From positions 24-64,023 of the forward strand of contig CAKPEG010000007.1 of NCBI GenBank assembly GCA_934149275.1: a DNA stretch of 64,000 bases, written 5' to 3'. The position numbers and the translations under genes are program-made. Positions 57,409 through 64,000 of this stretch are shown in pieces. Origin of the DNA: an uncultured Clostridia bacterium (GTDB taxonomy: Bacteria > Bacillota > Clostridia > TANB77 > CAG-508). Positions within the stretch are counted from its first letter, which is position 1. Each line of letters starts with the position of its first letter. The notes beneath the pieces were generated by a model that saw only the letters and a list, made by a program, of their open reading frames with translations, did no database searches and was not told the DNA's origin.

Positions 57409-58878
57409 GTGAAATTAAGTGAAATTTTAAATGGCATTAGTGATTTAAAAGCTAAAGGAAATGTTGATATTGAAATAAGCGATATCGCTTGTGATTCAAG
57501 AAAAGTAAAGCCAGAAAGCTTATTTGTTGCAGTAAAAGGTTATGATGTAGATGGTCATGACTATATAGAAGAAGCAATAGAAAAAGGTGCGTCAGCAATA
57601 TTAGTTGAAAACATTGAAAAATTAAGAAATATAAATTTACCAGCTGATGTTACATTTGTAGTAGCTAAAGACACAAGATTTGCATTAGCAATTTCTGCAT
57701 GCAACTTTTTTAAAAATCCCTCAAGAAGATTTAAATTAATTGGAGTAACAGGAACAAAAGGTAAAACTACAACAACATACATGATAAAAACATTATTGGA
57801 AGCTGAAGGAAAAAAAGTAGGATTAATAGGAACTATTGAAAACTATATAGGTGAAGATAGTTTAGGCGAAAGCGATAGAACAACACCAGAAAGCTTAGAC
57901 CTACAAAGAATATTTGCACAAATGGTTGAAGAAAAAGTGGAATACGTTGTAATGGAAGTATCTTCACAAGCTTTAAAACTCCAAAGAGTTGCAGGATGTA
58001 ATTTCGATGTTGGAGTATTTACTAATTTTTCAAAAGAACATATAAGCCAAAAAGAACACAGTGATATGGAAGATTATTTTAATTCAAAAATGAAATTATT
58101 CAGTATGTGTCAAATGGGCTTTGTAAACATAGATGATTTTAGAGGAGCAAGAGTAAAAAGAGAAGCAAAATGTCAAGTTAAGACATATGGAATCGATAAT
58201 GCATGTGATTTATTAGCAAAAGATATAACAATTACCAACATAGGAGTTGACTTCAAAGCAAAATTAGGCGGAAAAAATGAAAGAATAAAAGTTGACATTC
58301 CAGGAAGATTTAGTGTATATAATTCATTAGCAGCAATATCAGTTGCTATGTATTATGGTTGCACACCAGAAAAAATTAAAACAGCATTAGAAGCTATAAA
58401 AATTCCAGGAAGAAGTGAATTAGTACCAAACAAAAAAGAATTAAGCATAATGATAGATTATGCTCATTCACCAGAAAGTTTAGAAAACATATTACAAGCA
58501 GTTAAGACATATACTAAAGGAAGAGTAATAGTTGTTTTTGGTTGCGGAGGAGACAGAGATACAGGAAAAAGACCAATAATGGGAGAAATCGCAGGAAGAA
58601 TAGCAGACTATAGTATAGTAACATCAGATAACCCAAGAACAGAAGATCCAGAAGCGATTGTAAAAGATATAGAAGCTGGAATATCAAAAACTAAAGGAAA
58701 ATATGAAATAATAGTAGATAGAAGAGAAGCAATAAAAAAAGCAATTGAAATGGCAAATAAAAAAGACCTAGTCATATTAGCTGGAAAAGGTCATGAACCA
58801 TATCAAGAAATAAATAAAGTAAAATATCCTTTTGATGAAAGAGAAATAGTAAAAGAAATTATAAACAATATGAAATAA
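57409..58878 (+). CDS. murE: UDP-N-acetylmuramoyl-L-alanyl-D-glutamate--2,6-diaminopimelate ligase
   Basis: GVTGTKGKTTT P-loop. The DNPR motif indicates meso-DAP specificity. GTG start after GGAGAGG. Confidence 0.94.
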   Translation: MKLSEILNGISDLKAKGNVDIEISDIACDSRKVKPESLFVAVKGYDVDGHDYIEEAIEKGASAILVENIEKLRNINLPADVTFVVAKDTRFALAISACNFFKNPSRRFKLIGVTGTKGKTTTTYMIKTLLEAEGKKVGLIGTIENYIGEDSLGESDRTTPESLDLQRIFAQMVEEKVEYVVMEVSSQALKLQRVAGCNFDVGVFTNFSKEHISQKEHSDMEDYFNSKMKLFSMCQMGFVNIDDFRGARVKREAKCQVKTYGIDNACDLLAKDITITNIGVDFKAKLGGKNERIKVDIPGRFSVYNSLAAISVAMYYGCTPEKIKTALEAIKIPGRSELVPNKKELSIMIDYAHSPESLENILQAVKTYTKGRVIVVFGCGGDRDTGKRPIMGEIAGRIADYSIVTSDNPRTEDPEAIVKDIEAGISKTKGKYEIIVDRREAIKKAIEMANKKDLVILAGKGHEPYQEINKVKYPFDEREIVKEIINNMK

Positions 58879-58891
58879 GGAGAGAGGCAAA

Positions 58892-59872
58892 GTGGAATTT
58901 CAACTAAAAATATTGCTAATATCGTTTTTTGCAACAATAATATTAGGAATATTTACAATACCAATATTGCAAAAATTGAAAGTAGGTCAATCTGAAAGAG
59001 AGGATGGACCAAAGTCACACTTGAAAAAAAGTGGAACACCTACCATGGGTGGAATTATTATGGCAATATCAATAATAGGCGCATCAATAGTAGCATGTGT
59101 ACACTACATGGGAAAACAACCAGAGATAGGTAGAAAATTAATTCCTTTAACCATAGCAACAATAGGTTTTGGAATAATAGGATTCATTGATGATTATAAA
59201 AAAGTTGTATTACGAAATACAGATGGATTAAAACCTAGAGCAAAAATGGCAGGATTATTAGTAATTTCAATTTTATTTGTAGTATATATTGAAAGAATAT
59301 TAGGAATAGGAACAGATATATTAATACCATTTTTCAAAACAACAATAAAATTACCAACGTTAATATATATTCCATTTACAATATTGGTTATGTTGGCAAC
59401 AACAAATGCAATAAATTTAACTGATGGAGTTGATGGCTTAGCCACATCAGTAACATTAGTAATAGTAACAACAATTACAGTAATAGCAATAATTTTTGAC
59501 ATAAAAGAAGTTATCATATTAGGAAGTATAGTATGCGGAACATGTCTAGGTTTCTTGATATTTAACCTAAATAAAGCAAAAGTATTTATGGGAGATACAG
59601 GTTCATTATTATTAGGTGGAGTTGTATCATGCTGTGCAATATATTTAAAAATGCCATTAATATTAATAATATTAGCAGCAGTACCAGTAGTAGAAACACT
59701 ATCTGTAATAATTCAGGTAGCATATTATAAAAGAACAAAAAAGAGATTCTTTAAAATGACTCCAATTCATCATCATTTTGAATTATGTGGATGGAGGGAA
59801 AATAAAATTGTTACTGTATTTAGTTTAGTAACAATAGGATTATGTATAATAGGATTATTTTCTGTTATATAA
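58892..59872 (+). CDS. mraY: Phospho-N-acetylmuramoyl-pentapeptide transferase
   Basis: Multi-TM protein; NLTDGVDGLA, MGDTGSLLLGG and HHHFE motifs. Confidence 0.95.
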   Translation: MEFQLKILLISFFATIILGIFTIPILQKLKVGQSEREDGPKSHLKKSGTPTMGGIIMAISIIGASIVACVHYMGKQPEIGRKLIPLTIATIGFGIIGFIDDYKKVVLRNTDGLKPRAKMAGLLVISILFVVYIERILGIGTDILIPFFKTTIKLPTLIYIPFTILVMLATTNAINLTDGVDGLATSVTLVIVTTITVIAIIFDIKEVIILGSIVCGTCLGFLIFNLNKAKVFMGDTGSLLLGGVVSCCAIYLKMPLILIILAAVPVVETLSVIIQVAYYKRTKKRFFKMTPIHHHFELCGWRENKIVTVFSLVTIGLCIIGLFSVI

Positions 59873-59887
59873 TATAAAGGAGAAAAA

Positions 59888-61018
59888 ATGGCAAAAAAGA
59901 AAAGTAAGTTAATTTTAAAAAATCCACTTGATTTTACCTTACTAATAACGGTTTTTATCCTTCTTGGACTTGGTATAATAACAGTCTTATCTGCAAGTTC
60001 ACCAACAGCACTAGCTGAAACTGGAAATAGTTATAAATATTTAATAAAACAAATGGAAGCAGCGGTAATAGGAATTTTCTTAATGTTTGTAGCATCAAAA
60101 ATTGATTATAAGTTGTGGCAAAAAAACTATAAAATAATATATTTTATCTGCATGATTTTACTACTTGCGGTATGCGCATTAGGTAGAGAAGCCGGAGGAG
60201 CAAAAAGATGGTTAGACATGGGATTCTTATCTTTTCAACCATCAGAAGTTGCAAAAGTTGGAGTAATTATATTTTATTCATCATGGCTAACCAAAAATAA
60301 AGAAAAACTAAAAACATTTAAATATGGATTTGTATATCCTTTATCATGGCTATTAATACCAATATTTTTTATATTGGTATTGCAAAACCACTTTAGTGCA
60401 ACATTAGTAATATGCATGTTAGCAGCAATTTTAATGATACTAGCAGGATGCAAAATAAGATATTTTATATTTGTAGGAATACCATTAGCAGCACTTGGAG
60501 TGTTTGCAATCATTGTCGCAGGTCAAGGCTTCAGAATGCAGAGAATTTTAACATTCTTTGATCCATGGCAAGATATCAAAGGCAAAGGATGGCAAATAGT
60601 TCAAAGTTTATATGCAATTGGATCTGGAGGATTATTTGGAGTAGGACTAGGAGAAAGCAAACAAAAATATTTATACATACCAGAACCACACAATGACTTT
60701 ATTTTTGCAGTACTAGCAGAAGAACTAGGATTTATTGGCTGTGCAATAGTTATAATTTTATTTGCAATATTAATTTGGAGAGGAATAACAATTGCTATGA
60801 AAGCACCAGATATGTTTGGAAGCTTATTAGCTGCAGGAATAACATCAATGATAGCAATACAAGTATTAGTAAACATAGCCGTTGTAACAGCATCAATGCC
60901 AGTAACAGGAATGGCTTTACCGTTTTTTAGCTATGGAGGAACAGCTTTAATAATCACCTTAATATCTATAGGAATACTATTAAGCGTTTCTAGAGCAGGT
61001 AATAGGAGTGAAGTTTAA
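59888..61018 (+). CDS. ftsW: SEDS-family peptidoglycan polymerase FtsW/SpoVE
   Basis: 10-TM SEDS pattern; QPSEVAKV, PEPHNDFIFAVLAEELG, LPFFSYGGT. Confidence 0.93.
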   Translation: MAKKKSKLILKNPLDFTLLITVFILLGLGIITVLSASSPTALAETGNSYKYLIKQMEAAVIGIFLMFVASKIDYKLWQKNYKIIYFICMILLLAVCALGREAGGAKRWLDMGFLSFQPSEVAKVGVIIFYSSWLTKNKEKLKTFKYGFVYPLSWLLIPIFFILVLQNHFSATLVICMLAAILMILAGCKIRYFIFVGIPLAALGVFAIIVAGQGFRMQRILTFFDPWQDIKGKGWQIVQSLYAIGSGGLFGVGLGESKQKYLYIPEPHNDFIFAVLAEELGFIGCAIVIILFAILIWRGITIAMKAPDMFGSLLAAGITSMIAIQVLVNIAVVTASMPVTGMALPFFSYGGTALIITLISIGILLSVSRAGNRSEV

Positions 61019-61028
61019 GGAGGAAAAA

Positions 61029-62144
61029 GTGAGAGTAATTATAGCAGCAGCAGGAACAGGTGGACATATAAATCCTGGAATTGCGATAGCAAATAAAATA
61101 AAAGAAAAAGAAAAAGACTCAGAAATAATATTTATAGGTACACAAAGAGGAATAGAAAATGATCTAGTTCCAAGAGCAGGATACAAATTAAGAACAATAG
61201 ATGCATATGGAATTAGCAAAAAAATATCATTAAAAACAATATCAAACAATATAAAAACAATAAAAGGATTTGCCCAAGCAAAGAAAATTATAAAAGAATT
61301 TAAACCAGATGTAGTAATAGGAACTGGTGGATACATATGTGGAGGACCAATCTCTGCAGCACATAAATTAGGAATCCCAACAGTAATACATGAAAGCAAT
61401 GCGTATCCAGGAAAAGCTACAAAATTTTTATCAAAAAAATTAGATAAAATTTTATTAGGATTTGCAGATGCTGAAAAATATTTTTCAGATAAAGAAAAAC
61501 TTGTTGTAACAGGAACACCAACTAAAGTAAAAGAAGAAAATTTAACAGACGAGCAAAAAAACGAAATATATTCAAGTTTAGGACTATCTAAAGAAATGCC
61601 AACAGTATTAGTATTTGGTGGAAGTCAAGGTGCAAAAGCAATTAATGAAGCTATGGTTGCATTAATTGAAGAAAATAAGAATAAAAATTATCAAATAGTA
61701 TGGTCAGTTGGACAAAAACAATATGATATTATAAAAGAAGAATTTAACCAAAAGAAAATTGACATAGACAAAATAAAAAATACTAAAATAGTTCCATACA
61801 TATATAATATGAGTGAAATTATGAATACAGTTGATATAATTGTAGCTAGAAGTGGAGCAATGACAATAACAGAACTTGCATTGGTTGGCAAACCAGCAAT
61901 TTTTATCCCACTTCCAAGTATGTCAGCTAATAGACAATTAGACAATGCAAAAGTACTCGAAAATTTAGGAGCAGCAAAAATTATATTAAATGAAGAAGTT
62001 AATTCAGAAAATTTATCAAAAACAATAGATGAAATGCTAGAAAATCCTGAGAAACTAAAAGAAATGGGAAATCAAGCAAGAAAAATAGCAAAATATAATG
62101 TTGAAGAAAAAATATATGAAGAAATAAAGAAAATAGTTAAATAG
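61029..62144 (+). CDS. murG: UDP-N-acetylglucosamine--lipid I GlcNAc transferase
   Basis: VRVIIAAAGTGGHINPGIAIA G-loop. GTG 61029 lies 5 nt after AAGGAGG. The track ORF starts at 61008, overlapping the ftsW stop. Confidence 0.94.
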   Translation: MRVIIAAAGTGGHINPGIAIANKIKEKEKDSEIIFIGTQRGIENDLVPRAGYKLRTIDAYGISKKISLKTISNNIKTIKGFAQAKKIIKEFKPDVVIGTGGYICGGPISAAHKLGIPTVIHESNAYPGKATKFLSKKLDKILLGFADAEKYFSDKEKLVVTGTPTKVKEENLTDEQKNEIYSSLGLSKEMPTVLVFGGSQGAKAINEAMVALIEENKNKNYQIVWSVGQKQYDIIKEEFNQKKIDIDKIKNTKIVPYIYNMSEIMNTVDIIVARSGAMTITELALVGKPAIFIPLPSMSANRQLDNAKVLENLGAAKIILNEEVNSENLSKTIDEMLENPEKLKEMGNQARKIAKYNVEEKIYEEIKKIVK

Positions 62145-62145
62145 C

Positions 62146-62167
62146 AATAGCTTTTAGCTATTTTTTC
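62146..62167 (+). terminator. Weak terminator after murG
   Basis: AATAGC / GCTATT 6-bp stem followed by T-run. Confidence 0.45.
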
Positions 62168-62351
62168 TGCTCTAAAAAGTTTTAATTTTCACGCACCTAC
62201 AAATGTATGAAAAAAAGTTACTATAATAAGTACATATATTAAAATAATTTGCTCTGCATGAAAACCGTTAACAGAATATTAATTATATACTTGCAAAAAA
62301 ATATAAAATAAATTACAATACAAAAAGATTATGAAAAAAGGAGGTCAAAAA

Positions 62352-64000
62352 ATGACCGATAAATTGATAATAGTTGAGTCACCTGCGAAGGCCAATACAA
62401 TTAAGAAATTTCTAGGTGGAAATACTAAAGTAGTGGCATCAATGGGACATGTTAGAGATTTACCAAAATCAAAATTGGCAATAGACATAGAAAATGATTT
62501 TGAACCACAATATATAAATATAAGAGGAAAAGCAGCTTTAATTAATTCATTAAAAAAGGATGCCAAAAACGCCAAAAAAGTTTATCTGGCAACTGACCCT
62601 GACCGTGAAGGAGAAGCAATTGCATGGCATTTAGCATACTTATTAGGAATACCAAATGATTCAATATGTAGAATTACATTTAATGAAATAACTAAAGAAG
62701 CTGTAAAGGAAGCTGTAAAAAAGCCAAGAAAAATAGATTTGAATTTAACAGATGCACAACAAGCAAGAAGAGTATTAGATAGAATAGTTGGATATAAAAT
62801 AAGTCCAGTACTTTGGAAAAAAGTAAAAAGAGGATTATCTGCAGGAAGAGTACAATCAGTAGCAGTAAGGCTAATATGTGAAAGAGAAGAAGAAATCGAA
62901 AACTTTAAACCAGAAGAATACTGGAACATAACAGCAATATTATCAGAAGAAAAAACTAAAAAAGAATTTGAATCAAAACTAATAGGAAAAAACAAAGAAA
63001 AAATAGAACTACATTCTAAAAAAGAAGTAGATGAAATATTAGAAAAGTTAGATAAAGCAAAATTCATTGTTGAAGATGTTACTGTAGGAGAAAAGAAAAG
63101 AAATCCTGCACCGCCATTTACAACAAGTACAATGCAACAAGAGGCATCAAGGAAATTAGGATTTGCAATTAAAAAGACTATGTCAGTAGCACAAGGATTA
63201 TATGAAGGTGTAAAGATACCTGAAAAAGGAACAGCAGGTTTAATAACATACATGAGAACAGATTCAACAAGAATTTCTGAAGAAGCAAGAAAAATGGCTA
63301 AAGAAGTTGTTGAAAAAAACTTCGGACCAGAGTACTACGAAAACAGATATTATAAAGTAAAAAACGATTCACAAGATGCACATGAAGCAATTAGACCAAC
63401 ATATTTAGAATTGTCTCCAGAAAAAATAAAAGAGTACCTATCATCAGATCAATACAAATTGTACAAATTAATATATAACAGATTCATAGCAAGCCAAATG
63501 GCATCAGCGGTATATGACACAATAACTGTTGATATAAATGCAAATGAATATAACTTTAGAACAAGTGGGCAATCAATAAAGTTCAAAGGTTTTATGACTT
63601 TATATGTTGAAGATACTGATGATGAGAAGAAATCAGAAGAACTAGGAATTGCAAATATACCATATTTAAATAAAAAAGATGAATTAAAGAAAGAAGATAT
63701 AGATGCAAAGCAAAGTTTTTCTGAACCACCACCAAGATATACAGAAGCAAGCTTAGTTAAAACATTAGAGGAGAAGGGAATTGGAAGACCAAGTACTTAT
63801 GCTCCAATAATAACAACAATACTTGCAAGAAATTATATTGAAAAGATTCAAAAACAATTAGCTCCAACTGAACTTGGAAAAATAGTAAACAAATTATTAG
63901 TAGAAAACTTTAAAGATGTAATAAATGTAGAGTTTACAGCTGAGATGGAAAAACAATTCGATGAAATTGCAGAAGGTAAAAAACAATGGAAGGACACTAT
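62352..64000 (+). CDS. topA: DNA topoisomerase I, N-terminal about 549 aa (3' end outside the window; absent from the ORF track because no stop is reached)
   Basis: ATG 62352 follows AAAAGGAGG. MTDKLIIVESPAKANTIKKFLGG...YLATDPDREGEAIAWH (TOPRIM)...TMQQEASRKLGF...YMRTDSTRIS (active-site Tyr region). Confidence 0.95.
   Translation, partial: MTDKLIIVESPAKANTIKKFLGGNTKVVASMGHVRDLPKSKLAIDIENDFEPQYINIRGKAALINSLKKDAKNAKKVYLATDPDREGEAIAWHLAYLLGIPNDSICRITFNEITKEAVKEAVKKPRKIDLNLTDAQQARRVLDRIVGYKISPVLWKKVKRGLSAGRVQSVAVRLICEREEEIENFKPEEYWNITAILSEEKTKKEFESKLIGKNKEKIELHSKKEVDEILEKLDKAKFIVEDVTVGEKKRNPAPPFTTSTMQQEASRKLGFAIKKTMSVAQGLYEGVKIPEKGTAGLITYMRTDSTRISEEARKMAKEVVEKNFGPEYYENRYYKVKNDSQDAHEAIRPTYLELSPEKIKEYLSSDQYKLYKLIYNRFIASQMASAVYDTITVDINANEYNFRTSGQSIKFKGFMTLYVEDTDDEKKSEELGIANIPYLNKKDELKKEDIDAKQSFSEPPPRYTEASLVKTLEEKGIGRPSTYAPIITTILARNYIEKIQKQLAPTELGKIVNKLLVENFKDVINVEFTAEMEKQFDEIAEGKKQWKDT

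Noticed and set aside
62165-62235. Possible fifth, degenerate family-C copy downstream of murG
   Set aside because: Similarity is patchy (TTCACGCACCTACAAATG..., TATAATAAGTAC) and I could not align it confidently by eye. It is mentioned under the family-C finding but not listed as a feature.
62345-63253. Two minus-strand ORFs from the track (62345-62575, 76 aa; 62582-63253, 223 aa)
   Set aside because: They are antisense shadows of topA. topA reads unambiguously on the + strand from ATG 62352 (MTDKLIIVESPAKA..., TOPRIM and active-site motifs). It is missing from the track only because it has no stop in the window.

Overview
Very AT-rich Firmicutes/Clostridia-like chromosomal segment. Hand counts of 60-nt lines give about 22% G+C in typical stretches. 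Nearly all genes are on the + strand and are core housekeeping. In order: tilS (3' part)-ftsH; nrdD-nrdG; dnaG-sigA; tRNA-Met; rplU-rpmA (minus strand); a membrane-anchored cyclophilin; rpsF-ssb-rpsR; a SpoVD-like PBP (minus strand); rsmA. After the accessory block come lepB, holB, ricT/yaaT, mtaD-like deaminase, ferredoxin, rpsU, yqeY, an M16 peptidase pair, a Spo0E-like phosphatase, nfo, a ComEC-like MBL protein, the dcw cluster mraZ-rsmH-ftsL-pbp-murE-mraY-ftsW-murG, and topA (5' part, runs off the window). The main accessory block lies at about 17.1-38.2 kb. It holds two translationally coupled ~1,700-aa surface proteins (DUF11/SdrD-B-type modules, non-LPXTG membrane anchors) and a 2,629-aa three-domain cyclic beta-1,2-glucan synthase (Cgs/NdvB type). 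A WalRK/PhoPR-like two-component system follows directly. WalR-type 11-bp-phased TGTAAY boxes sit upstream of both the giant-protein operon and the kinase gene. Other points: (i) three families of long, hairpin-forming intergenic repeats with compensatory arm changes at six or more loci; (ii) a 1-nt frameshift that cuts the conserved C-terminal helix off dnaG; (iii) a GTGGAG direct-repeat MraZ-type operator, and an unusual 326-nt mraZ-rsmH spacer with a degenerate CAAAAGAT repeat array and three hairpins; (iv) a sharply GC-rich (alien) small membrane-protein gene next to an endolysin-like M15 peptidase; (v) L27 without the Firmicute propeptide and no prp gene. I saw no CRISPR array, rRNA, transposase, integrase or recognisable defence system. 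Coordinates of small RNA/DNA motifs were counted by hand and may be off by 1-2 nt.
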